Shown: positions 8,709-17,647, numbered from the stretch's first letter. The stretch is 21,471 nucleotides of DNA from Blastocatellia bacterium (GCA_016713405.1 JADJPF010000015.1:64001-85471), one strand, 5' to 3'. Notes: generated by a model from the sequence alone, not told the origin. Numbers and translations are program-made.

Positions 8709-9923
8709 AAAACAAAAATTTGACAAGACTTGACAAGCGGGGTAAGAAAAATGGGAAAATAGAAATTCCGCTAGATATAGAAGGGTAAGAGTAATAGGGC
8801 AGAAATAAACAGAAAAGGAAATAATAATCAAGGTGAAAACTAGAAGAGGGACAAAATGTAGAAAGTGTGGGGAAATCAAGAACTTTCAGGATATGATAGA
8901 AAAATAAGACTAAGGCATTTACAGTATTCAATAGGAAAGTATACGCAGAAATACGACCGAAAAGATATAGATGTCCGTATTGTGAAGGAAATCCAACAAC
9001 GACACAAAAAGTGAATGGTATGAGGGCTAATTCAGCGCATACAAAAGCATATGAGCAAATGATACTAGTAGAGCTAATAAACTCAACGATAGTAGATTGC
9101 AGTAAAAAACAAGCAGTAAGCCAAGAGAAGTAGAGGGATAATAGACAGAAATATAAAAACAAGTGTGGACTGGAAATATACGAAAGTGTACCAGTGATAG
9201 GAATAGATGAGATAGCACTAAAAAAAGGACATAAGGATTATGTAGCAATAATATCAACAATGGGGGCAAGGGTAAATATAGCAGGAACAAAAAACAGTAA
9301 AAACATTCTTAAGTAATATACCATCACGAATTAAACTAACTATAGAAAGAGTATGTACAGATCTGTATGAAGGATATATAAATGCAGCAAAAGAAGAGCT
9401 TCCTCAAGCACAAATAGTAGCGATCGTTTTCACATAGCGAAAGCTTATGAGAAGGTGCAGCAAAAAAAGAAAAAGTGAGTTAAAAGACTAAAAAAAGATT
9501 GCCGAAACCGAGTATGAAGAACAAGGGGTATGTGGACTTTTAGGCAAAATCCTCTTGACCTAGAAGTAGAACAACAATCACAACTAAAAAAGTCTTTTCT
9601 TTATCTCCTTCATTAAAATGGCTATGACTTTAGAGAAGAGCTAACAGATATTTTGACAAATCTCCATCAAAAATAGAAGCAACCCTTTCTATTTTATCTT
9701 GGGTTGATAGAGTTAAGAATAGTTCTTTATCCTGTTTTGATTCTTTTTAACTACTCTTAACAATCCCTAGATTCTATTACTAATTATTTTCTTGACCGTG
9801 AATCCTCTGGCTTTGTTGAAGGTCTTACAACAAAATTAAAGTTCTTAAACGTCGTTCTTATGGCATTTTACCTCTTCTCGTATTTTCAAAGCGATCTCCA
9901 GGTTATTTTTTGCTTTTCTTACA

Positions 9924-9960
9924 ACGCTATATCTTGTGGCCTCCACGGGTCGGAAGAGCC
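9924..9960 (-). repeat. Right terminal inverted repeat of the IS (IRR)
   Basis: The reverse complement is 'ggctcttccgacccgtggaggccacaagatatagcgt'. Confidence 0.65.
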
Positions 9961-10000
9961 AAAAACTAAAAGATACCCTTAAAAAACTAAAGATACCCTT
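9961..10000 (+). repeat. Near-perfect 20-bp tandem duplication immediately outside the IRR
   Basis: Copy 1 is 'aaaaactaaaagataccctt' (9961-9980) and copy 2 is 'aaaaaactaaagataccctt' (9981-10000). Confidence 0.6.
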
Positions 10001-10106
10001 AAAGAAACTAATGATATCCTTAAACAAGTTTCTCATTTGGCTGTTGAAACTTCTGAAAGAGTTGATAAGCTTGAAGATAAGCTTGAAGATAATGAAAAAG
10101 AATAAT
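9989..10106 (+). other. Displaced 3' end of the IS-interrupted coiled-coil gene
   Basis: This frame encodes 'KDTLKETNDILKQVSHLAVETSERVDKLEDKLEDNEKE*', matching the charged coiled-coil character of the N-terminal fragment. It includes a 12-bp in-frame tandem 'gataagcttgaa' x2 (DKLEDKLE). Confidence 0.4.
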
Positions 10107-10132
10107 TAAGATATTACCTGCATTGTTAAACT

Positions 10133-11641
10133 CTACGTTATTTTATCTAGTAACCAGGTAGGCCATTCAGATTCTTTATTCCAAAGTAAATATTCCTTTA
10201 CATAATCTTGCAACATCACTCTAAAAAAAATAGGCAGTTGAAATTGCCCGTTTCCTTTCCAGTAATTTTCCCAATAAATCGGAAGAGAAAAATTAAATAT
10301 TTTGTTAGCTTCCTGGATAATTCGTTGAAATTGATTGGTTTGCATTTGAAGACTATCCAGGAAATCTTGTTGTAAAAATTTAATACCTGATATGTCTGGT
10401 TGCCAACAATCAATCTTTTGCTCTCGCTCAATTTTCTGCTCTAAAACCTTCCATTTGTTATTAGCAGTTTTTCTTAAGACTCCAGCCTTAAAAAGCATTG
10501 GCAGCAATTCAATTACTACTTTTTTATTAAAAATAGCTAGCTGAGAGCTTTTTGCTGATAAATAAACCTCAATTTCTTGGGCAGTAACGGATAAATCTGT
10601 AACATCAATATTAGTAAAATCACATAATGCGTTAGCTAGGCGTTTAAGATAGATTTTTAAGCTAGGTGAAGGCTTTACAGATGGACAAGCATTGTCCAAG
10701 TCCCAAGAATAATTAAGCTCTGTGCGCCAAATTTCTGGTCTTTGCTGCCACCAGTTTAAGAGTAAAATTAGCAATACTACTAAACGTTCTAAAGGTTTTG
10801 TTTCTGGAATAATTACTGTAAGTCGTGAGCCTTCATTAATTTGCTCTGCATATTCTAGGCATTCTTTTAATAGCGTAGGCAAATAATTAATTTTTTGAAG
10901 AAACTCTGTTGCCAAAGAAACAAAGTTTGATAAATCACATTCAGCAAATAAAGAGCATAAATTTAATTTTCGTTTTACTCCAAAACAAGTAACAAACTCT
11001 AAACTTAATTTATTTTTTAAGTTGGGTAGTTCAGCAATATTAGTAATTTGCTTTAAGTTTGTTGCTACTTGCCAATAAGATTTTGGTGTAACGGTTAGTC
11101 GTTTTTCAAGGTCGTCTTGGCACCAAATAATGATTTTTTCCCGCAGTTTTATTATTGCTATTTTGCAAGCATGATGAGGATCTGAGCCTAAATTAAAGTT
11201 GTCAAACCAGTCATCAATTGACACTTTTGACCAAAGTTTATTTGGACGATTAACGGCCATATCCAACAGAGCAGCAGCAGTTCTAGTTGCTGGATCATCT
11301 CTAAATAAACTTGGGTCAGCACTATAAATGCTTCCAATCCGAGGCATTCCGCTACGATAAAGCAGACCGGAAAAGGCTAGCCCAATAAATAAACCTGTAG
11401 GCTTTTTGTCTCCATAATCTACTTCACTGTCCTTCCACCTTGGCGCACTTTGGTCAGCTTGAAAATTAATGTCAATTAAGATTATGTCAGGGTCAATTAA
11501 TTCTGTCTGAGCGTTAAGTAAATGCTGGGCAGTTGTCCAAGTGTCTATGTGCAGTAAATCTAGCTCATCTGCTCTTAAAACAGGATAAGAAATATAGTCA
11601 TTTACATCATCAATTAATAGAATTTGTAGCTTATCACTCAT
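10133..11641 (-). CDS. Receiver-domain (CheY-like) protein with a ~360-aa C-terminal domain of unknown function, 502 aa
   Basis: The N-terminus 'MSDKLQILLIDDVND...DPDIILIDINF' carries the acidic pair D11/D12 and a phospho-acceptor-position Asp at residue 57. This is the same numbering as CheY. The remainder has no P-loop, HNH or other motif I can recognise. It lies 6 nt downstream of the preceding ORF and has no SD. Confidence 0.7.
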   Translation of the reverse strand: MSDKLQILLIDDVNDYISYPVLRADELDLLHIDTWTTAQHLLNAQTELIDPDIILIDINFQADQSAPRWKDSEVDYGDKKPTGLFIGLAFSGLLYRSGMPRIGSIYSADPSLFRDDPATRTAAALLDMAVNRPNKLWSKVSIDDWFDNFNLGSDPHHACKIAIIKLREKIIIWCQDDLEKRLTVTPKSYWQVATNLKQITNIAELPNLKNKLSLEFVTCFGVKRKLNLCSLFAECDLSNFVSLATEFLQKINYLPTLLKECLEYAEQINEGSRLTVIIPETKPLERLVVLLILLLNWWQQRPEIWRTELNYSWDLDNACPSVKPSPSLKIYLKRLANALCDFTNIDVTDLSVTAQEIEVYLSAKSSQLAIFNKKVVIELLPMLFKAGVLRKTANNKWKVLEQKIEREQKIDCWQPDISGIKFLQQDFLDSLQMQTNQFQRIIQEANKIFNFSLPIYWENYWKGNGQFQLPIFFRVMLQDYVKEYLLWNKESEWPTWLLDKIT

Positions 11642-11647
11642 AAATTT

Positions 11648-13741
11648 TTATTTTTGGAAAACAAGCTGAGGACGAAATCTTATAGCAATAGAATGGTAAT
11701 TTGATGGTGATTTATCTACAAGCAAAAATTCAACTAACTTTTTTTCTTCTCCTTTATCATTGCGAAATACAAAACAGGAAAGCAAGTTTTGAGTTCTTTT
11801 TAGCCCATCGGAAAGTTCTGTTGGCTTTTCGTCCTCTGCTACAGAGTTAGAAATCAGTAATTCATAAAATTCATCCTCTTCTAAAATTAAGGAAAATTTT
11901 ATATCTATAATGTAACTTACTAGATCTTTTGACTTTAAGAAAAATTTCTTGTTTTGTTCTAGTTGTTTAGCTAAGTATTGGATTGCATTACCTAAAATCT
12001 CATGTATTCCTACTAAAAATAATGAGGTTGCTTCTATGCTAAATGGTGGAAATATAGGTATTTCTGCTAAATTGCTATTTTGTTCTAGTTTTGGACATAA
12101 ACAATCATTTGATTTGCTACACTCAGCTTTATGAAAAATAATAGCAATACTACTAGAGTTAATTAGAGAGAATAATAAATGCTGAATAATTTCTTGAATA
12201 GTTTTACGCCAAAGGTCAGCAAACTCTTGTAAGTTAAAAGCATTAGTGTTATTAACAAGTTTTAATAAGTAAGTTTTAGGATTATCAAATTTTGTTACAG
12301 TTCTAATTGCATCTGTAAGATGATAAAGCTCTTGTAGAACGGCGCAAGTATAAAGCACTTCAGCCTTTTCTATAGGCTCATTATTTAAGCTTTTAGCATA
12401 AAGAACGCGGTAACGACTCCGACGGATTAAGGTGTTCATAATTTCATGAGTTAAGCCTTGAGTAAGAAAATATTGTTCTTTAATAATAATTGCTGCTGTT
12501 CGGGAAAGTTTTTCTCTAAATTGTGCTTCCCAATATTCTTCTTGACCAGGTAGATTTAACTTTACACCTGGACAATTTCTGTAAATTACTAAATCAAAAC
12601 CAAAGGCTTTTTTAAGTAAATAAGCATCTTTATGTTTGTTTAGATTAAAAATTATTGTTGCCGTAGAGTTGCTATCTTCTTCAATTATCAGGAGTTTAGA
12701 TTTTTCTGCTGTAGATTCTAATATTGGCTTTGAAGTTAAATTATTAGCTCTTTTTTCTGCTGACAAATGAAGGGTTAAAGAATTTTCTCTGAAAAATAAA
12801 ATTTCTTCTGCAATCCATAAATGAGAAAAAACATTTGCAACGTTTTTCATTCTTTCCAAAGCATCTGTGTGTTTAGAAATAGCGTCTTCAAGTAGAAAAA
12901 TAAAAACATCTATTAAATTAATAGAGTAAATTTCCTCAATTGCTAAAATTAATGATTCAGGAGGCGACTTTCTAACTAATCTAAGATGCTCTTTTAACTG
13001 CTTATTTTTAGGACAGATCCAGCCAGCCATAGCTCGCCATTGTGCTAAACCTCTTAGCGGTAACAAAATAGGAATAAATGCGCTAGGCAGAATTTTGGAA
13101 AATGAAGATAGTCGTGCATAAAGATATTCTGCTAGGTAAATATGCAAATTTTCTGCTGTTATAAGATTGTTTTGAACTGTGTAATTTAATAATGCAATTA
13201 AATTAGAATACTTAATTTGTTTATATTGGTTAGGATTGTTATTTTTATTTAAGTTTGCTATATCCAATAGAGCTTGAAAACTAAAAGGAGTTTTACGATG
13301 ACTACTACTAATTAAAAGAGCTTCAGCAGAAATAATATGTCCAACCGCGCCGCCTATAAGTTCTAAGTGAAATCCTAAATTTTCTTCACTTCCAACACCA
13401 TCACCAATTTCAAGCAATTTACATAAGTCACTGGTTGGATCCAATATTTTGCTAGCAAGCTCAATTAAAGCTTGATGATTATTATCTACATTTTTGTAAT
13501 TTTCTTGCCAATAAAGATAGATATTTTTTTTGATTTTTTCAGCACATTCTTTGGTGTTAGAGTTAGTTTGATAGCCTGTATCCCAGAACTGAATTTTGTC
13601 AGATAGAGGATTAAAACTTCTTTGTTGGGTAAGAAAAAAATGTTGTAGCTTAGGGGTAAAATGTTGCAATGTCCAAACTAGTAAATCAAAGCAGCGTTTT
13701 TGAATCGCTTCTGCATTTAATTTTGCTTCTAAACTTAGCAT
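11648..13741 (-). CDS. Large hypothetical protein, 697 aa. It may be a highly divergent sensor-kinase-like protein, and this call is low confidence.
   Basis: It is an intact 2.1-kb ORF. Weak 'GLTHEIMNTL' (aa ~430) resembles a HisKA H-box. 'IHEILGNAIQYL' (aa ~580) resembles a HATPase N-box. The ATP-lid G-boxes are not evident. There is no Walker A and no SD. Confidence 0.7.
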   Translation of the reverse strand: MLSLEAKLNAEAIQKRCFDLLVWTLQHFTPKLQHFFLTQQRSFNPLSDKIQFWDTGYQTNSNTKECAEKIKKNIYLYWQENYKNVDNNHQALIELASKILDPTSDLCKLLEIGDGVGSEENLGFHLELIGGAVGHIISAEALLISSSHRKTPFSFQALLDIANLNKNNNPNQYKQIKYSNLIALLNYTVQNNLITAENLHIYLAEYLYARLSSFSKILPSAFIPILLPLRGLAQWRAMAGWICPKNKQLKEHLRLVRKSPPESLILAIEEIYSINLIDVFIFLLEDAISKHTDALERMKNVANVFSHLWIAEEILFFRENSLTLHLSAEKRANNLTSKPILESTAEKSKLLIIEEDSNSTATIIFNLNKHKDAYLLKKAFGFDLVIYRNCPGVKLNLPGQEEYWEAQFREKLSRTAAIIIKEQYFLTQGLTHEIMNTLIRRSRYRVLYAKSLNNEPIEKAEVLYTCAVLQELYHLTDAIRTVTKFDNPKTYLLKLVNNTNAFNLQEFADLWRKTIQEIIQHLLFSLINSSSIAIIFHKAECSKSNDCLCPKLEQNSNLAEIPIFPPFSIEATSLFLVGIHEILGNAIQYLAKQLEQNKKFFLKSKDLVSYIIDIKFSLILEEDEFYELLISNSVAEDEKPTELSDGLKRTQNLLSCFVFRNDKGEEKKLVEFLLVDKSPSNYHSIAIRFRPQLVFQK

Positions 13742-13760
13742 TGCTTTTATGTTTGGAGCT

Positions 13761-13790
13761 TAGGGATTTTATACAATATAAAAATCCCTA
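13761..13790 (-). promoter_or_regulatory. 10-bp-stem palindrome in the 60-bp gap upstream of the 697-aa gene. It may be an operator or hairpin overlapping -35/-10-like hexamers.
   Basis: 'tagggatttt' (13761-13770) pairs with 'aaaatcccta' (13781-13790). On the minus strand this sits within 'TAACAT-n17-TATAAA', about 25 nt upstream of the ATG. It is not followed by a U-run. Confidence 0.35.
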
Positions 13791-13801
13791 ATGTTAATTA
13801 A

Positions 13802-15419
13802 TTAATCGCGTTCACGAGTATATGCGTCTGGCAATGGGTTATCTACAACAGGACGAGATGCGCGATTAGCTAAATCTAATGTAGTCATATAGATAGTACG
13901 GGTGACTTTTTCCATTTTTTGATAATCTATTTTATCAGGGCTATCTGAGGGTTTATGATAATCTTCATGAACTCCATTAAAGTAGAAAATAATTGGGATA
14001 CCTTTTCTAGCATAATTATAATGATCGCTACGATAGAAAAATCTATTAGGGTCATTTGGATCATCATAAGTGTAATTAAATTTTAATTTTAAGTATGAGT
14101 TATTTACCGATTCGCTAACTTGGCCTAGTTCGCTACTCATTAGCTTTGAGCCAATTACATAAATTTCATCTGGGCCGGAAAGCTCTTTATTAGCTGGTTT
14201 AGTGTCGTTTGGTTCTTTGCTACGACCAATCATATCAATATTTAATTGTGTAATGATTTGATTAAGCGGTACAGTTGGAAATTTCATTAAATAGCGTGAA
14301 CCAAGTAAGCCTTTTTCCTCTCCACAATGCCAAACAAACATTATTGAACGTTTAGGGCGTGACGGCGCGTGAGAAAAGGCTTCTGCAAGTTGTAGAACTG
14401 CTACTGTGCCTGACCCATCATCATCAGCACCATTATAGATTTTATCTCCATTTACGGGCGAGCCTACACCAACATGGTCATAATGTGCGCCAATGGCTAC
14501 ATACTCATTTTTTAGTGTTGGATCACTACCTTCTAAAATTGCAATTACATTTTGAGAGACTTCTTTTTCAGTTTTAACAGCTATTTTTAAGGAGATTTTT
14601 TTGTCTTGCTTTAATTCAAAGGGGCAATTGTTTGACTAACATCACGGAAAATACTATTAGCTGATTGGGATTCTTCGCTAAACATTTTTATTAGTAATTT
14701 TGGGGAAGGGCTTATCACAGGTAAGGAAAAGATTTTTCTTCTAATTTTTCAAAAATTGTTTGTCCTTGTTCTTCAAAATAAGAAACAGTTCTATCCCAGC
14801 TAGCTAAACTTTCAAAACTTGGAATTAGGATAACTGCTTTACCACCATTTTTTTCTATATAATCAAAAGGCTCAAACCAATCTTCTCCTTCATTTCCTGT
14901 TAGGTCATTATAGCTAAGACCTTGTGGAAAACCATTGGAGATAACAACAATTTTGTCTTTAATATCAAGGTTTTGATAAGGGTTGATATTTTTAGATTTA
15001 ATTACCCAGCCATGACTTGCAAAAACAAGAGGTGCTGTTAAATCTGTTTCATTAGGAAAAGCAAAAAAATCTTCTCCTAACTTAAAGCTCTGACCTCCAA
15101 ATGTTACAGAACTATTAACACGGTCTGTTTTGTTACGACGTATTTGGATTTTTTGAAAATATGAACCATTGTCCCCACCAGGCTTTAAGCCCCACATAGA
15201 AAGGTTCATAGCCAAAAACTTGGCCGTCATATTTAACCCTTTAGATGGTGTGTCTCGTCCTTCCATCTCATCAGAAGCAATAAAATAAAGATAATCTTTC
15301 ATTGCTGAAGCATTAATTTTATCTACTCCTGTAGCCCCAGGATTTTGCGCTAACACAGAATTTAGCGGGCTAAGTAACAAGCAAAATAATATTAAATTGA
15401 GTAAAAATTTTTTCATCAA
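13802..15419 (-). pseudogene. Secreted M28-family aminopeptidase, frameshifted once between ~14620 and 14715
   Basis: The signal peptide is 'MMKKFLLNLILFCLLLSPLNSVLAQ'. The middle and C-terminal frame is open from 14620 to 13802. I hand-translated it as '...NVIAILEGSDPTLKNEYVAIGAHYDHVGVGSPVNGDKIYNGADDDGSGTVAVLQLAEAFSHAP...MFVWHCGEEKGLLGS'. These are the M28 metal-binding HxD/D/EE motifs. Confidence 0.75.
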
Positions 15420-15469
15420 TCAATTCCCCTAAGTTCTTACTATAAAATTAATTAGCTAGTAAATAATTT

Positions 15470-16357
15470 TTATTGGCGGCTAGCAATATTACTTAAAAAT
15501 TCTAATAGAGCATCTAAAACTTTTTCTGGGGCTTCTATTTGTGGATAATGGCCTATATTATGTAATGGTACTACATCAGGATTTGGAATCAATTCGCGAT
15601 ACCGATCAGCCATTGCTTGCCCAGAAGTAGGTGCAAACATCCCATTAATTAAGCGTAAAGGAACTTTGGTTGTTTGCATTGCTCCTACCCAACGATTACG
15701 AAACTTTTTTCTTTCTTCTAAATAACGGATGATTTTATGTGCTGCTGCTGTCCCATTATTGTATTTTAAGAGTTGCCAGTAATTATCTACTTCTCTTTCT
15801 GTTGGCTTAGTATTTGGGCCAAACATTGCTATAAAACCTTTCTTAAATTGCCCTTCAGAAATTAATTTACTAAAAATTGCGCCTAATGGACTCATCAATA
15901 ATTTTTGAATTAGTAAAGCTTGGTGTGCTTCAGGAAACATTCCACCATTAAGAAAACAAATCCCTTTTATTTCAAAACCTGCTTGGTTATTTTTTTTTCG
16001 ATCTTCATAACGGGCTAATAATTCTTGTGTAATAGTATCACCATAATCTTGAGCTAAAATATAAGCTTGCTTTACTTCTAAACACCTAAGCAATGTTTCG
16101 TGTAGTGTAGTTTGATAATCAATAGAATAAACATCTTCAGCAGGTTTATCAGAGAAACCAAAACCTAGCATATCAGGAGCAATAACTCTGAAACGCTTGG
16201 TTAATTCGGGCCATAAAAGATGCCAATCCCAAGACGAAGTTGGAAAACCATGAATACAAATTAAAATATCTTCTCCTTGACCATCATCACGATAAAAGAC
16301 CGTGTGGCTACCATATTTAAGGTATCCACCTTCATTTTTCCAATCTTCTAACTTCAT
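15470..16357 (-). CDS. Alpha/beta-fold hydrolase with an Asp nucleophile, epoxide-hydrolase / haloalkane-dehalogenase-like, 295 aa
   Basis: 'ICIHGFPTSSWDW' is the oxyanion motif. 'RVIAPDMLGFGFSDKP' is also present. 'ILAQDYGD' is an Sm-x-Nu-x-Sm nucleophile elbow with Asp. The SD is AGAAGGA. Confidence 0.8.
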   Translation of the reverse strand: MKLEDWKNEGGYLKYGSHTVFYRDDGQGEDILICIHGFPTSSWDWHLLWPELTKRFRVIAPDMLGFGFSDKPAEDVYSIDYQTTLHETLLRCLEVKQAYILAQDYGDTITQELLARYEDRKKNNQAGFEIKGICFLNGGMFPEAHQALLIQKLLMSPLGAIFSKLISEGQFKKGFIAMFGPNTKPTEREVDNYWQLLKYNNGTAAAHKIIRYLEERKKFRNRWVGAMQTTKVPLRLINGMFAPTSGQAMADRYRELIPNPDVVPLHNIGHYPQIEAPEKVLDALLEFLSNIASRQ

Positions 16358-16509
16358 TAGTTTTTCCTTCTATTAATTATCAAGAGAGTAAAGCAAATTT
16401 AACTTTTTTTACTATTTTTTTGCAATAACGAGATTACAGTTATTTAGGATTACTTATTTTAAGTTAAAATAGCAAAATATCAGTCTGCTAGATAGTAGGA
16501 GTTTAATTT

Positions 16510-16919
16510 GTGGATATAAAACTAAAAAAAGAAGGGCTAGCGTTTAGGTGTGAAATCTGTCACCAATCAGATCTTTTGATGCTTTTAATAACTTTTGCCA
16601 ACGTTGCACCAACTTAGCAAAACAAGCTGATGAACTAGCTAAAACACCTAAAGATTTAAGTTTGCAATATCGTTGTCAAGTGGTTGCAACAATTGTGGGT
16701 ATTAGCTTATTAACAATAGGTTTAATATTAGGAGCAGCTTTTGGGGGTTTTACAGGCAAAGTTTTAATAGGTCATGCAGGAGTAGTTTTAGGATTATTTC
16801 CAGGTGCTTTACTAGCTAGTTTTACAATGATTCAACTAGCTAAAAATTTCTCACAACAGAGAAAAATTAAACTCGTACCTTTTTTTAGCACAGCAATTAG
16901 AATATTTAATAAAACCTAG
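16510..16919 (+). CDS. Zinc-ribbon membrane protein with a GTG start, frameshifted between its two CxxC pairs (~16561-16595)
   Basis: AGGAG lies 8 nt before GTG 16510. Frame 1 gives 'FRCEIC' and then stops at 16615. Frame 0 is open from 16554, gives 'FCQRC', then the 85-aa listed ORF with two Gly-rich TM helices. The pattern CxxC-x13-CxxC is a canonical zinc ribbon. Confidence 0.45.
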
Positions 16920-16968
16920 TAATAGCTAAATATTCTAAATAAATTATTTAGAAAGATAACAATATTTT

Positions 16969-17580
16969 ATGATTATAGATTTACATATTCACACTATTTA
17001 TTCGCAAGACTCTTTAATTGCTCCTGAAGATTTAATTGAACAAGCTATTTATGTTGGATTAGACGCAGTTTGTGTAATGGAACACAATTCATTTCAAGCA
17101 TCAGAAACCGCAGAAGAGTTTGCTCTAGGGACAGGACTAAAAGTCTTTCGAGGAGTGGAAGTTACAACAGATTTAGGGGATCTGTTAGTTTATGGAGTTA
17201 ATCAAGCACAATGGCAAGAATTTGAAAATAAAACTAACCTACCAGCACAAAAAATTGTTGATTATGTTCGTAGTTGTGGAGGTGTTTGTATTCCTGCACA
17301 TCCTTTTCGCTTTAAAGCTGCTAGTATTGGTGAGAAGTTAGAAACTTTAATAGGTATTTTTGCTATTGAAGGCTATAATGCAAAGTCAGATATTGAAGAA
17401 AACCGCATGGCTTGGGAAAAGGCAGAAAAACTTAATCTAAAACTTACTGGTGGAAGTGATGCACATGTAGTAGGCCAAATAGGAAAATGTGTAACAGAAT
17501 TTCCATCTAATATTGAAAATATGTCAGAACTTGTTGAAGCCTTGAAAAGCGGTAATTTTCAAGCTAAATATTTATTTTAA
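16969..17580 (+). CDS. PHP-domain metal-dependent phosphoesterase, 203 aa
   Basis: 'IDLHIHTIYSQDS' is the PHP motif I (HxH). 'PAHPFR' and 'GGSDAHV' are later His/Asp metal-ligand motifs. Confidence 0.75.
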   Translation: MIIDLHIHTIYSQDSLIAPEDLIEQAIYVGLDAVCVMEHNSFQASETAEEFALGTGLKVFRGVEVTTDLGDLLVYGVNQAQWQEFENKTNLPAQKIVDYVRSCGGVCIPAHPFRFKAASIGEKLETLIGIFAIEGYNAKSDIEENRMAWEKAEKLNLKLTGGSDAHVVGQIGKCVTEFPSNIENMSELVEALKSGNFQAKYLF

Positions 17581-17610
17581 TTCTAGCCTTAAATAGCTTG
17601 CTGCCAACTT

Positions 17611-17647
17611 AAAGGGTTTTGTACAATTAACCCTTTCTTACTTTATT
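17611..17647 (+). terminator. Candidate rho-independent terminator after the PHP gene
   Basis: An 8-bp stem, 'aaagggtt' pairing with 'aacccttt', with a 10-nt loop. It is followed by the T-rich 'cttactttatt'. Confidence 0.4.

Larger units (their letters stand above)
8662..9960 (+). mobile_element. Degenerate ISL3-family insertion sequence, 1299 bp. The transposase gene is a pseudogene riddled with stops and frameshifts.
   Basis: Residual transposase motifs appear in N-to-C order on the + strand: a zinc finger 'RYRCPYCEG' (~8950), 'IGIDEIALKKGHKDYVAI' (~9195), DDE-region 'ADRFHIAKAYEK' (~9415) and C-terminal 'NYFLDRESSGFVEGLTTKLK' (~9790). The terminal IRs begin GGCTCTT, as in the ISL3 family. 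'AAAAAC' abuts both ends. Confidence 0.7.

Noticed and set aside
8492-9290. Four minus-strand ORFs of 65-169 aa rich in F/L/S/Y/C (8492..8689, 8619..8879, 8653..9162, 9027..9290)
   Set aside because: They are antisense to the purine-rich IS remnant. Pyrimidine-rich antisense of A/G-rich DNA yields long stop-free Phe/Leu/Ser frames by chance. They have no SD and a low-complexity composition.
9845-10036. 63-aa minus-strand ORF spanning the IRR
   Set aside because: It crosses the IS terminal repeat and the 20-bp tandem repeat. The opposite strand carries the plausible 3' end of the interrupted coiled-coil gene.
10133-13741. Assigning the 697/502-aa pair to a named defence family (Gabija, Septu, Hachiman, RADAR and others)
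   Set aside because: No Walker A/B, TOPRIM, HNH, helicase or deaminase motifs could be found by eye. Naming a family would be invention without a profile search.
13761-13790. Reading the 13761-13790 hairpin as the rho-independent terminator of the peptidase gene
   Set aside because: No U-run follows the stem on the minus-strand transcript. It is kept only as a possible operator or attenuator.
14359-14577. His-rich 72-aa + strand ORF (LTHHHQHHYRF...)
   Set aside because: It lies exactly antisense to the well-conserved M28 peptidase metal-binding region. It is a shadow ORF.
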